Source of the DNA: the human T2T-CHM13v2.0 reference genome, Homo sapiens
DNA: 64,000 bases
Assembly (NCBI RefSeq): GCF_009914755.1
Contig: NC_060937.1
Direction: 5' to 3' (one strand)
The notes under the pieces: model-generated
Database searches by the model: none
The model's input: only the letters and a program-made list of their open reading frames with translations
Told to the model about the DNA's origin: nothing
Shown here: positions 14,079 to 29,574 of the stretch, piece after piece
Layout of the letters: every line of letters begins with the position of its first letter
How positions within the stretch are numbered: position 1 is the first letter of the stretch
Position numbers and translations under genes: made by a program

Positions 14079-14870
14079 ATGGTGAAAGCCTTATTTTACT
14101 TTCTTTTTTCCTGATTTTCTGCTGTCCTAATCCCTTTTCTTACAGGAAAATGGATGATACCATAATCTGTGGATGGCTTTAGGTAAGGCTTATGCTCTAG
14201 CAAGAAACCAAAGCAATTTTTATCACAGGAGAATATAGTAGGAGAAAAGACTTTTTTTTTTAACTTTGTAAATGTGGCTATATATTCAAAGCTGGTAGGT
14301 AATTTGAATAATTTTCATGCTTTTTACAGGACAGTTGTACAGCATTAGAGAAACACTTTTACTGCAAAGGCTTGGCTTTAGGTTAAAAATTTAACTTAGT
14401 ATACTTTTGTATTCTAAATAGGAATGTTTACTACTATATTTTCCTTACCAAAATATTGCACTTTCAATCATGCACTAGGGTACAATTTTATGTTTTACTT
14501 TTTGTAGGCTAATGCCCAGAAATCATAAACCAATCCCACTAATGCCAATGTCTTTCTATGTTCCCAGTGAAAGTCACCCTGAAACCCCAAAGGAAGAATG
14601 TAAAAGGAATCCTTGATATTCTAGACATCACTGCTACATGCTTTTCTACTCTCTGGAAATGCTACCCTAACCTTTCCAATTAATAACCTTGCTACTACCA
14701 AATATAAAAATAAATATTTGAGTAATGCCTACAAAGGGTATATTTTGCTTCCAGTCATTGCATACTGAAGAACTTGGAAGTACCTATGCGAGTCTGAGTA
14801 ATTGCTTGTATGATGTAACTGAATTAAATTCAGTAAGGTTTCTTTCTACTAAATGTGGTTAACTACATTT
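14079..14870 (+). pseudogene. env: ERV1 env SU N-terminal remnant, split by an insertion at 14221-14500
   Basis: HNLWMALGKAYALARNQSN (14161-14217) resumes as CRLMPRNHKPIPLMPM (from 14503), as expected around the NxSNCWxC motif. Confidence 0.7.
14221..14500 (+). repeat. Direct copy of 15391-15658
   Basis: Long near-identical blocks, e.g. tgctttttacaggacagttgtacagcattagagaaacacttttactgcaaaggcttggctttagg. Confidence 0.95.
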
Positions 14871-16717
14871 CTCTATTCGGGTTTCCTTGGCCTCACAGTG
14901 AGCATAAATCTATATCCCAAATATGTGTGAATGAATATCTAATTTTACTTCAATGTTTGTGTCTTCTATTAAGTTTCTGTGAAATTACATTGGTTTATTA
15001 ATACAGCTTAAATAATATGTATAGTATAACCTATAATCTTTCCCTATGTCTTATGTATTTTGTTTGGAAAGATGTCTAGAATCATATTCACTAAATGTTC
15101 AGACTGGTTATATCTAGATAATGCAATTCTAGTTGATTATTTTTCTATTTTCTTTTCTGCTTTCTTCCCATTTGTGAAGATTTATAGTGAATATGCATTT
15201 TTGATATAAAATACTAAAGATTCAAAAAACAATAAATTATTAATAGCAAAATAAAGTTCAAAGAAAGCAAGTATGTTTTAGGGCATGGATAATATAGTAC
15301 TACTTATATACAAGTAGGGAGTACTTAATATATTACAAGAGTAAACAAAGAAGTCGTTTCTGTTTTTATAGAATCCCAGAGATTTATGAATATCACAGGA
15401 AAAAAAGGCTTTTTTTTTTTACTTTGTAAATGTGGCTATATATTCAAAGCTGGTAAGTAATTTGAATAATTTTCGTGCTTTTTACAGGACAGTTGTACAG
15501 CATTAGAGAAACACTTTTACTGCAAAGGCTTGGCTTTAGGCTAAAAATTTAACTTAGTGTACTTTTCTATTCTAAATAAACATATTTAATACTATATTTT
15601 CTTTATCAAAATATAGCACTTTCAACCATGCAATAGGGTACAATTTTATGTGTTACTTAAATATATGAACATGTGTGGTTTCTATTTAATGACAGTTAGA
15701 TTATGAAACTTTTTTTTACATTTCACATAGTGAAATATTTTAACATTTGACACAGTGGAAATACAGCTTTAAGCAATTAGATGAAAATGACTCTGTTACC
15801 ACAACATTGATGCTATGGTCATATAACTATCCTGAACTGACTTAAAAGGAATATTTTCAGACATCCCATTGCTTTTTGCGTAATCAATCAGAAGTGCTCT
15901 AAATATAAATCAGTCATTAGAAAAAGCTGAAAAATCAAATAAAGCACTTTTCAATGAAGAACATTTTTATTTTATGACCCTGGTTTTTGAAGAAATTGCC
16001 AGTTGAGAATCCATGATTACTATGTATGAATCTTTGAAAGCAGAGCTTGTATAAGATGTAATAATAACATAAAGTCCAAGTTTTTCCCAACATAGACATT
16101 AGTGCTACTTCTTGAGGACTATATAAAATCCATATGTTAAATATGAATTTAAATAACGATTAGAAATCTATTTGCATTCATTTAACAAACTTTCATTGTT
16201 GATTGGCACCATTTGAAAGTCTCTGTGTAGACAAGGGACGCACAAGAACATTATCTGTTCCTTCACCTTCAATTTCACCAGTGACAAATCAAGATATCGT
16301 TGATCCTTGACATACATCTATATGCAGACTTACTATCCCTTGCTTCTAGTCACTCAGAAATTATTACTTTCTTCTTAGGCCCCATACATTTGATATTAGC
16401 GTTAAATAATTTCTGTAAGTAGTTCCAATCAGTAGAATCAGAAATACTAGCTCTATCCTAAATAGTGCTGTTTCTCCCAGTCTCTCTTTTAAGGTTCTTC
16501 TTTATTATGCTACCTCAAAAAAGTCACAATCTATTTCTATTGTAGCTTTTTAAAATATCTCATTTCCATTCCAGTCCCATTTTTTTCTAAGGATGTGTCT
16601 TATTTTCAAGATCAACACATGTGAATTATTTTAGTCTCATCATCTAAATATGTACAAATCAGCCTTTAACTTTCGTTACTTATCCTGATGACTAAACTTT
16701 CACAACCCATGTAATTA

Positions 16718-16905
16718 GCATGGAATTTAGATTTGAGCAGATCTATTTGAATCCCAGCCCTATTACTTACTAGCCTTGTATCCCTCACTAACTTAATTAA
16801 CTTCTGTGACACTAAGTTTCTTCATTTATAAAAAGGGGATTGGGAAAAAAAAACCTTTCCTGGGATAATATAACTAATAAATGTGAATGTTCAGCACATG
16901 TGATA
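16718..16905 (+). mobile_element. MIR
   Basis: ttgaatcccagccctattacttactagc...ttaacttctgtg...agtttcttcatttataaaaagggga. Confidence 0.75.
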
Positions 16906-17629
16906 TAACTTCTTTTTATTTCTGGCTTAATTTTCAGTGGGTGACCTTTCTGGACCTGGTATCCTGATTCCAGGGATATAATCTACTGTGTCTTGTAGCT
17001 CCTTTGACTCTTAATATAATAAAGATGAATTGTGTGAGTGTAACAGCTACTAACACTGGAGACATAAATGTAATTTCATTTACAGTAATCCCCCTTGACT
17101 ATTCTACAACTCCTAAGACCTTTTTGGTCACTTTTATGAAATTTTTCTTGGGTAATTTTGAGCAGGAATGGGTTCCCCCAGATCCCAACCCTGTATCCAG
17201 TTTAAGTAACAAGTCATTTCATCAGTGGCATCCCTTACCAGCAAAGCACTCTTCCCCTCTACCTTTTTTTTTTTTTAAAGATAAACTGTAAGAAATGTCT
17301 GACTATTATGAAGGGTATTTAGGAACATTCAGGTTTAGAGATTACTAATTCAGCAACATCTGATGCTATTTGGGACTTGTGTAAAATAAAGAACTACTAA
17401 ACAGTTCATTTAGGAACAAAGAGCTAGATAAAGAGAGATTTCTAGAGCTTTGGGGCCCATCTGGTCTGAGCTTTAATGTGGCCCCTGGTCCTTCTCTGTC
17501 CTAATATCATCATCCTCTTCCTGTCACTTGAACTGATATCCGAAAGAATCCTGTCTCTGTTCATGCTTATTGAGAAATTTTACTGGGTTGCTTCAAGTTT
17601 CAAAAGTTTTATGCCATAAATGCCACATT

Positions 17630-18025
17630 TATTAAGGTTCTTTTGGATACAAACTGCAGGAATCAATTCAGGCAATCTTAATATGAAAGAAGGAGGAAGA
17701 GTAGAAAAGAAATTTATTTGAAGGATACTGGAGTTCATCTCAAAACAGAAAAGGCTGAATAACTAAGACTTAGGAAGGGAAAGGATCTAGCCTGCCCTGG
17801 GGACTTTAGCACAGAAGTAACAGACACTTTTGCTCTGTAAAATAATCTTCCTGGACTTGGCTATGATATGAAGGTTAAAAAAAAAAAAAAGAAAAGGGAA
17901 AATAAAATAATCTTTTATTGGACTTAGCTTCAGTGACTGGTAGTGCCCATTATTCTCTGGTTCCTGTTTCAAACTGGGAAGAAAGAATCTGCTTGTCCCA
18001 CTTGGACCAGATGTGTGTCCCCAGA
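17630..18025. mobile_element. Possible old MLT1 (MaLR LTR) fragment
   Basis: Weak similarity: ggttcttttggatacaaactgcagg...aatttatttgaaggatactggag. Confidence 0.35.
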
Positions 18026-18600
18026 CTGATTAATCGCAAAGAGCAGACAATTATAAGAGAATAAGGAATTGTTGAACAATTACCTGAGAAGTATCTCCCC
18101 TGCTTACATATGTTTTCAACTCAATTCTTTTTCTGCTTCTATTAAATGTTTTTATTTCATTTCTTCTCTTTTTCTGCCTTTGAACAAACCAGGCATTGCC
18201 TGCTAAACAAAAAAACTGAATTCAGAATTTAAAAAACAATTTACGGTTTCCTTTTCTTATGCGTGGAAAGAGTTAGTCATTTTTTTCCTTATGCAGTGTT
18301 TTAGTTTAATATATCAGGAACGATATTTGGAGAACTGTTTTTTGAAGGAATCTCGTTTTCCATCATAAACATTTTCAGTGGTGGGGTGAAATGGAATACC
18401 TTCCAGGGGGCTGTAATAGAGCCTGTAGCGTGGAGGAAGAGCTTTTTTCTCATTCTTGCTCCTTGTTGTGTTTATGCTGACGTACCCATTTAACTCAGAA
18501 GTAAAGTTAGTTCTAAAGCAGATGATGGTGATTCAGATAGAGGCTTCAAAATCTATGGTTCAAGTTAAGAGATATAGCTTCTATAATTGTTGCATATTAT

Positions 18601-19400
18601 TATTACTATTTTTTATTTTACTTTAAGTTCTGGGATACATGTGTAGAACGTGCAGGTTTGTTATACAGGTATACATGTGCCATCGTGGTTTGCTGCACCC
18701 ATCAACCTGTCATCTGCATTAGGTATTTCTCCTAATGCTATCCCTCTCCTAGTCCCCCACCCCACAACAGGACCTGGTGTGTGATGTTCCCCTCCCTGTG
18801 TCCATGTGTTCTCGTTGTTCAGTTCCCACTTATGAGTGAGAAAATATGGTGTTTGGTTTTCTGTTCCAGTGTTAGTTTGCTGAAAATGATGGTTTCAAGC
18901 TTCATCTATGTCCCTGCAAAGGACATGAACTCATCCTTTTTTATGGCTGCATAGTATTCCATGGTGTATATGTGTCACTTTTTTTAATCCAGTCTATAAT
19001 TTCTGGGTATTTGGGTTGGTTCCAAGTCTTTGCTATTGTGAACAGTGCTGCAATAAACATACACGTGCATGTGTCTGTATAGTAGAATGATTTATAATCC
19101 TTTGGGTATATTCCCAGAAATGGGATAGCTGGGTCAAATGGTATTTCTGGTTCTAGATCCTTGAGGAATCGCCACACTGCCTTCCATAACGGTTGAACTA
19201 ATTTACACTCCCACCAACAGTGTAAAAGTGTTCCTATTTCTTCACATCCTCCCCAGCATCTGTTGTTTTCTGAATTTTTAATGATCTCTATTCTAACTGG
19301 CATGAGATGGTATCACATTGTGGTTTTGATTTGCATTTCTCTAATGAGCAGTGATGATGAGCTTTTTTTCGTACGTTTTTTGGCCACACAAATGTCTTCT
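18601..19400 (-). mobile_element. L1PA (PA7-8-like) 3' segment of a 5'-inverted insertion
   Basis: T-rich tail, ctttaagttctgggatacatgtg; ORF 18941-19303 is ORF2p C-terminus ([26 protein letters not shown]). Confidence 0.95.
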
Positions 19401-20695
<1,295 letters not shown>

Positions 20696-21819
20696 TTGTT
20701 GCCTATAATTAACTCTTAGGGTTCTCTGTGGGGTTCTTCAGCCTGGAGGTTGAAGGTGGATAAAACAGGTATAATTAATATTTTAAGCATTAATCAGAGA
20801 ATAAAATAAATGCCATTAGTGTGGTATGAAATCACACAGTTTCCACGAAACCAAGACTTAAATCTTGCTATTTTAAGTATATCCATACCATATAAAACCC
20901 TCATGAGCTCTGGTTTTATACACTGGTAAGTTCTAATTGCTCCCATTTATAGCAATACCCCATATCTCAATGCTCTGAACCTCCACACTTAATTAGAAGG
21001 TGACTAGTTTTTCCTGGTTCTTATTCATCACCTGAGCTGTGGCCAGCAGCTCTGCAATTCCCCGATCATGTAATCCATTGCTCCTGACATTCTTAGTTGC
21101 TGTTGTGCTTCTGCCCTTGACACCTGCGTTTTGCTGCCTAGCTGCTTTTCATCCCTAATGCTTCTGGCACTGCCACCAACATGGACCTACCTTGCATTAT
21201 TAAGCCATCACTCTCTATGGTTTCTCTTTCTCCTTTCATTAGGAAAGCTCCTCTTCTCATGACTAGTTCATTTAGACTCATTCCCCCAAGAAAGCTATTG
21301 ACCCCTTGTGACATGTTCTGTTTTGCCTTCTTACTACCGCTCTCTACTTCTTGGGCCACGAAGATACTTTGGGAAAGGGAGAAGGGATGGTCAAGTGCAG
21401 TGTTCTGGTGTATCTAAAGGGAATCTTCCTGCCAACATTGAGGCCTGTTTTCAGTCTGGCCTACTCTGCCAAACTTCTTGACTCATGATGCTTTTTTCCA
21501 CGAACTTCATTGCCTTTTCTTGGTCTCATTCCTATAGAAAAGTCAATATTCTGATTGTAGGCTAGGAACAAGCTCTTTTGCATGAGTCCCTTGAGCCTCA
21601 TGTAGATTAAGTGGTGTCCCAAGCCTTTTGCATTATTCCCCCAAACATCCTGTGGCCAATAGGAGGCACGTTTTCCTAGAATGAGTGGAGGACCTCTAAG
21701 AGGGAGCTATTCTCTAACCTCTATTCTAACTTTGGCCCAGCCTTGAATGTTCCAAAACATCTACATCCATGTCACCTAGAGATCCTATGTGCATGTGTTA
21801 CATGTTATAATATAATTCT

Positions 21820-22310
21820 TTTTTAAATTGTAAAATATACATAACAAACAACATACCATCTTAATCATTTCAAATGGACAGGTCAGTGGTATTAAGTATA
21901 TTCACATTGTGCAACTGTCATCACTATCCGTCTTCAGAACTGCTTCATCATCTCAAACAGAAGTTATAGCCATTAAACAAGAACTCCCATTCGTCCCTCC
22001 CCAAAACTCTTGATAACTATATTTTACATTTTGTCTCTATGAATTTAACTATTCTAGATAGAAGTAAAATTATACAATACTTATCCTTTTGTGCTTGGTT
22101 TATGTCACTGAACATAATGTTTTAGCAGTTTCTCCATATTATAGCATGTGTTGGAATTTAATTTTTTAAGGCTAATAATATTCCTCGAATGTATATATAA
22201 TATTTTGTTTATCTCTTCATCTGTTGGTAGATATTTGGGTGGTTCCACCATTTGGCTATTGTGAATAATGCTGCTATGAACATGGGTATACAAATATCTG
22301 CTCCTATCCT
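21820..22310 (-). mobile_element. L1MB-like 3' end
   Basis: cagtggtattaagtatattcacattgtgcaac; ttggctattgtgaataatgctgctatgaacatggg. Confidence 0.85.
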
Positions 22311-22414
22311 AATTTCAACCGCAAAAACTCCCACAAGTAGGCACATGTATATGATTAAATTCATTAAAATAAGAAAGATTTTATCCAGCTAGTCTACTTG
22401 AAAATAGGTAGCTT

Positions 22415-22746
22415 GGCCAGGCATAGTGGTTCACATCTGTAATCCCAGCACTTCGGGAGGTTGAGGCGGGTGGACTGCTTGAGCTGAGGTGTTTGAGACC
22501 AGCATGGGCAACATGGCGAAAACCCATCTCTACAAAAAATACAAAAATTAGCCAGGTGTGGTAAATACAAAAATTAGCCAGATGTGGTGGCATGTGTGTC
22601 TGTAGTCCCAACTCCCTGGGAGGCTGAGGTAGGAGGATGGCCTCAGCCCAGGAGATGGAGGTTGCATTGAGCCATGATCACACCACAACAATCCAGCCTG
22701 GATGACAGAGCGAGACCATGTCTCAAAAACAGACAAATAAACAAAT
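22415..22746 (+). mobile_element. AluJ with a 26-bp internal tandem duplication
   Basis: Both arms; aaatacaaaaattagccag(g/a)tgtggt twice (22537-22588); TSD gaaaatagg. Confidence 0.92.
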
Positions 22747-22809
22747 GAAAATAGGCTTTGGGGTTGCACACATTAATAAATAATGTATTTATTAATATAG
22801 ATTGAGTCA

Positions 22810-23310
22810 TTTAGGTTCATTAATTAAATTATTAATTTAAATTATAGAGAGACTAGGGAATACAAATACAAATGAGATAATGTTATTGCACTTAAGGTTT
22901 TTGTAGTCCAGGGTAAGCAGATGAGGAAATGAGTGCTCAAAGCGATGTGATAATTATTAAAGTGGTCATTTACACAATGTCCTATGGTAACACAGAGAAA
23001 AACACTTAACTCTGAAGAGAGGGGGGTTTCTTAGAAGACATGATACTGGAACTGAATCTGGAAACATAAGTAGAATACTGTCTTGAGACATTGAGTGAAT
23101 AGAAGTAGTTTTCCTGGCTAAGAAGAAAGAGTCTAAAAATCATGCAGACTGGGGAAATAGACTCAGTGAATGGTAAGTGGTTAATATGTCTACAGCACTG
23201 TGTGCAAATTGAGAATTGTTGGGGGCTGAGATTACACAGGTATTCAAATGCAAGATCATGAAAGGTTGTATTCCCGTGTATGCTAAGGAGTTCATATTTT
23301 ATCTAAAAGC
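22810..23310 (-). mobile_element. L2 fragment
   Basis: Degenerate L2 motifs (cctatggtaacacagag, gctaaggagttcatattttatct). Confidence 0.5.
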
Positions 23311-24775
23311 AAGTCTGACAATGCAGCTAATTCTCCTGAAATTTTAAATTCATTTTGATAAAATCCTCTTGCATGAGTTTGGATCTAGCCTTCTTTCCTG
23401 ACACATTGGGCACAGCACTGCCACCTACTCAGGAACAAATTGTGCCAATACTTAATAACAGTCCACCCACATGGACTTTTAAAATCAGTCTAATTATGAG
23501 AGATTATAGCTCTTTCATGTTAGTAATTAATTTGCTCACTGTTTTTTTATCACTGGTAAATGATAACTAATTTCAGATTATCTAGAAGTACCCTAAATTC
23601 TAAATAGAATTTTGAAACTAAAATGGTTTGAAAATCTTGTTTTGTTCTGAGTCACACCAGGGCTATTTTATGAAAGATTGTGTTGCAAACCTGCAGCTTA
23701 TTTTCTGTTTGACAGTCTCTACCTTTCTAACTAGGAGATGTTTCTTTACATCCAGTTTAATCATAACGTAAAATGGTGATGGACTGATAATATTAATGGA
23801 TTTCAGGGTAAAAAGTGTTCAACAATGCATCCATTTTCTGAAGCTCACCCTGTAAATTCATTACCATTGTATTCTAGTGGGACTCCTATGAGTCAAATAT
23901 CAGATGGATGTATAACTTGGAAATAAAGTAACAAATTGTCCCAGAAAGTAGTCTACTTGCCAATATAAAAGGGGGATGGAGGGTTTTTGTGTTACTCATT
24001 ACATTTTTTTGCACTAATCTATCTTAATTAAATAACACTCTTCTGAACTGCAGAAATTATCATTTTGACATTTTATAACAAAATATTCTCAGATAAAATT
24101 ATATATGGTAATATAGCAATTTCAACATGTTAGTGGAGGCTGCCTACCTAACATGGGACACTATTAAAGTATAAAAAGAGACTGCCTGTCTAACGTGGGA
24201 CACTCAACACTTAGGAGGAAGCAGCTGTCTAAATGTTTTCTCTCTAAAAGCAATAGGCCTCGTTCACAGTCCTAAGAAGTTTCTCATAAGATTTGAAGGC
24301 ACCCCACCCCCCCCATGAAAATTAGAAAATCTAGGAACAGCGAAGCTTAAAAAAAATCAATCCACATATGAAAGAGTGCAGGGTTTAGACAATTAGGATG
24401 ATTGAATTACAAATGTTTTGATGCTTAGATGCTGGAAATCTTAGAGAATTTATAAGAAAACATCTTTCTAAAATGATACAGTGCATTAGATAAAAAGCAC
24501 ATTATCATATTTAGAACACATGTACATACTTTCTTAAAGGCACAGCTGGCTTATAACTTTTCTTTTACAAATGTTATATGTTGTAGGTTAATTTCTTTCC
24601 AGTGTATATTTCTTTGAAGTGAAAACCTAGGAACAGAGCTATAGAGAGACCATTACATGCAACAAGTATCCTGGAGAAAAAACTTGTTACATTAAATGGA
24701 TTCTCATTCCTACCTTGAAGAAATGCTTATTCTCTTTAAACAGGACTGTCATATTCCAGTATAATGTTGAGTCCA

Positions 24776-25134
24776 TGTCTTAGTCAGTTTTGGCTGTTAT
24801 AACAAAATACCTTACACAGAGTAATTTATGAATAACAGAAATTTATTGCCCACAATTCTGGAGGGTGGGAAATACAAGATCAAGGTACCAGCAGATTCTG
24901 TGCCTGGTGAAGGCCTTCTTCCTCGTAGATGGCACCTTGTTGCAGCAACCTCACATGGCAAATTGGGTGAACAAATTCCTTCAGGCTTTTATAAGGGCAC
25001 TAATCCCATTCATAGGGTGCAAGGTCCTCATGGTCTAACCATCTACCCAAAGCCCCACCTCCTAAAACCATCACCTTGAGAGTAGGGTCTAACAGATGAA
25101 TTTTGGAAGGACATGAACATGCAAACCATAGTCA
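24776..25134 (-). mobile_element. MLT1A-like MaLR solo LTR
   Basis: tgtcttagtcagttttggctgttataacaaaatacc...aagatcaaggtaccagcagattc...aaaccatag. Confidence 0.85.
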
Positions 25135-25281
25135 TCCATAAGTACTATATGTTTTTCACATTCACTACTGAACTTTCATCACCTACAAGTAAGCTTGACA
25201 TATAGTAAATGCTAAAAAAGCTTTATTGAATATATAAATAACATACTGCATTTTGACAAACAGCTTTTATAATCAATTTGA

Positions 25282-25889
25282 TGTGAAGCCAAAGACCTCC
25301 AGAAACATACCTTTAGTTGAATGAGGTGGATTGCCTGCTAGTTACAATGACAAATACTACACACCATGGGGAACAGTGGGACATCCCAGTAAGAAGTTAT
25401 TAAAAAGGACCTACTGTAAGATCTGGGGTTTGGTTATGTGACCTTATGGAAGATTCAGAAGCACAGCTCTTTTTCTGGATTGAGTGTTGTTAGGAGCAAG
25501 GATAATTCTATAATTGAGTATCTCAATCAGTCCTGTCTAGAAGGAGGGTAGACAAGAATGAGGCTAAAGTTGTACTTAGTAAAAAGTTTTACATAAATAA
25601 TATGAGTAATCACTCATATTTGCCAAGATAGGAGGTCATTTTTGTCACTTAGAAAAATTTTTCCTTCTGTGTTCAGATATCATTATTATAGAATGATCTT
25701 TATTTGTCTTAATCTATCAGGATCATAAAGTTGCCTTCTCTGATGTTGCTGTTCTAATAATTGTTTATCTTTCACAGAAGAATACGCAGGGCTAGGTAGG
25801 ATTGCTGGACCAAGTCCTTGCAACACCAGGGCATGGCTAGCAGTGCCAGACAAGCTCCTAACTGTTGAGTGCTGGTTTGGTTGTTCTCA
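25282..25889 (-). mobile_element. ERV1 solo LTR, MER67-like
   Basis: cacaccatggggaac, tctagaaggaggg, gaggctaaag, cactcatatt, tgtgttcaga, ctgatgttgctgttct match a recalled MER67-type consensus; TG...CA ends. Confidence 0.65.
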
Positions 25890-26844
25890 AAATTAATCTG
25901 GTGTTTAAAGTTTCAATTTCGACTTTCATCTTTAAAATGTTTTCAGTAGTTAACCAAATGTAATAATTTCAAATTATGTGTCAACTAGAAGCACATATTA
26001 AAGATAATTGATGAGAATTTTTAAATAGGAAGGTGGTTTGAAAGGATAAGTACCAGAACTTTAAAGTTGTTACTTACATAATTTAAGATAATGTAATGGG
26101 ATTATTAAATTTTATTTTTCTGGGATTTTTCTCTGTTTTCTAATTTAAAAGATTTTTTAAAGTTTGTGAAATGTTTTGAATAAAGTGTTAAATGTTCAAA
26201 GTCCTCAGAACTATATGAATAATTCCATGACAGTGATTAGGAAACAAAGTCAGGTTTGTCAGTATATGACTAATTTTAGATTAAAAAATAGTTAAAATGA
26301 ATGGAAAATCATTTTTCACAATCTCACTACCTGTGAGACAGGGTATTTTAATGTAACTATTGAAAAAAGAGACCCCTGTAGATGTATGATTGTAAGTAGT
26401 AACAACTGAATAACATTAAATGGGAGATGAGTGGCTTAGTGGAGGAAGGAAAAAGAAAATGTTGAGATTTATAACTCCAAATTAGAGCCCCTCAGGCTTT
26501 CTGCAGGTTTCCACAGGCTTTGTTTCAGACTATATTTGCAGCGTTTATGTTCCAGGATGCATTCATTCTTAGAGGCTTTTAAAGTGGCAACTGGAGTGAT
26601 TTATAAGAGCCGAACAGTGTGCTTGAATCTAAGAATAAGAAAAGCAAGGCAGCAGGGGAAGTGAACTACTAATGGATATTCATAACAATCTACTTCAATA
26701 TCCGATTAGGAATACGAAATTTCCAAATTTATTGTTCTGTTTTGTCTGTCAGTGGGAGTACTGTCAATCCCAAAGTATGAGACCATAAAAAATTTATATA
26801 ATAGGAAAAGATAAACCTGAAATGAACAACAAAAGGTAAAGATA

Positions 26845-27000
26845 TGCTTTCATTCATGTCGATGCAACAGATATTTACCAAGTGCCTACAAGAACCATGC
26901 TAGAGCCTGGGATTACAAAGACTAAGAAAATAAGTTTTGTCAGAAATAACTATGCATTCACGGTGAAGGGAGGGAGTGGAAGTAGGGAATATTTGAACAG
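26845..27000 (-). mobile_element. L2 3' fragment
   Basis: ttcattcat...caacagatatttaccaagtgcctac...ccatgctagagcctggg. Confidence 0.6.
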
Positions 27001-27017
27001 GCACTATCCTATGCTAT

Positions 27018-27530
<513 letters not shown>

Positions 27531-27574
27531 TTTTTTAAAGTATAAAAAGCTCAAATATTTTAAAATTTCTCAAG

Positions 27575-29560
27575 TAGCCTTTATTTTGTAGAGCAGTTTT
27601 TATGTTCACAGCAAAATTGAGAAGAAGGTACAGAGATTTCCCATATTCTAACCCCAATCTCAACACATGTATAGTCTCCTCTATTATCAATATCCCCCAC
27701 CATCAGAGTGGTAATTTTCTTTTTATACAATTGATGAGTCTACATTGACTGATCATTATCACCCAGAGTCCATAGTTTGCACTGGGGTTCCCTCCTGGTG
27801 TTGTACGTTCTATGAATTTGGACATATGTATAATGACGTGCATCTATCATTTCAGTATCATACAGGGTAGGTTCACTGCCCAGTGTATCCTATGTGCTCT
27901 GTTTGTTGATCTCTCCCACACCCCATTCCTGGCAAACACCGATCTTTGCACTGTCTCCACAGTTTTGCTTTTTCCAAAATGTCATATAGTTGGAATAATA
28001 CAGTGTGTAGCCTCTTCAAATTGGTTACTTTCACTTAGTAATATGCATTTACGTTTCTTCCTTGACTTTTAATGGTTTGAATTTCCATTTTCTGGATGTA
28101 CCAGTTAATTTATTCACCTACTGAAGGACATCTTGGTTGCTTCCAAGTTTTGGCAATTATGAATAAAGTTGCTATAATCATCTATGTGCAGGTTTTTGTG
28201 TGGACATAAATTTTCAACTCCCTTGGGTAAACAACAAGCAGTGCAATTACTGAATCATTCAGGAAGAATATCTTTAGTTTTGTAAGAAATTACCAAATGT
28301 CTTTCACCATGGCTGTACCACTTGTTATTCCCACCAGCAATAAATGAGAGTTCTTGTTGCTCCACATCCTCCCCAGCATTTGGAGATGACAGTGGTCTGA
28401 ATTTTTTCAATTCATTTTAATTTGCATTTCCCTGATATCATATGATGTGGAACATCTTTCCATATGCTTATTTGCCAGTTGTATATCTTCTGTGGTGAGG
28501 TGTCTAGTAAAGTCTTTGGCCCATTTATTAATAATGTTGTTTGTGTTCTTCTCATCAAGTTTTTACAGTTCTTTGTACATTTTGAATAACAGTTCCTTGA
28601 ATCGGACTTTTTTTGCAAATATTTAACCCCACTCTATGGCTTATCTTTTCATTATTTTGACGTTGTCTTTCACAGAGCAGAAATTGTTTAATTTTAATGA
28701 AGCCCAACTTATCAATTCTTTCTTTCATGGATCAGGGCACCCAAGGTCATCTCGATTTTTCTCCTAGGTTATATTCTAGGAGTTTCATAGTTTCACATTT
28801 TACATTTAGGCCTGTAATCCATTTTAAATTAATGTTTGTGAGGGAAATACGGTCTGTGTCTAAATTTAACCTTTTGCATGTGGATGTCCAGTTGTTTCAG
28901 CATCGTTTATTGAAAGGACTATTTTTGTTCCATATTGCTTTTGTTTCTTTGTCAAAGATGAGCTGAGTGTATTTATTTAAGTCTATTTCATTTTCATTGA
29001 TCTATATGCCTGTTTTTTGGGGTTTTTTGGTCATTAATACATTGTCTTGATTGTTTTAGTTTTTTAGTATGCTTTGAAATTGGGTAGTATCAGTCCTTAA
29101 CTTTGTTCTTCCTATGCAATATTGTGTCGACTACACTGGATCTTTTGCTTTTCCACATAAACTTTATAATCAATTGGTTGATATCCACAAAATAAGTTGC
29201 TAGGATTTTGATGGGGAATGACATTGAATCTATAAAGTTGAAAATAACTCACGTCTTGCTACTATTAAGTCTACCAATGAATATAAAATATCTTCATTTA
29301 GTTAGTTCTTTGATTTCTTTCTACAGAGTTTTGTAGTTTTTCTCATATAAGTCTTGAACATACTTTGTTAGATTTATATCTACATATTCTGTTTTTTTGT
29401 GCTCATGTGAATGGTATTTTGTTTCTAATTTTAAATTTTATTTGTTTATTGCTGGTATATAGAAAGGTGATTCACATTTAAGTATCAACCTTGTACCCTG
29501 CACCTTGCTGTGATAGCTTATTAGTTCCTGAAGTTTTCTGCATTCTTTTGAGAGAGTTAG
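27575..29560 (-). mobile_element. L1MC-like 3' ~2 kb
   Basis: gagcagttttt..gttcacagcaaaattgag; same 3' UTR type as 3298-3845; ORF2-like sequence follows. Confidence 0.88.
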
Positions 29561-29574
29561 TCTTTTTCATATTG

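Noticed and set aside
16165-16320. Possible small coding exon on either strand
   Set aside because: Frames are under 50 codons, no recognisable protein, no convincing splice pair.
26640-26730. ETS/IRF- and NF-kB-like motifs as an immune enhancer
   Set aside because: Partial short motifs occur by chance; nothing in the sequence supports function.
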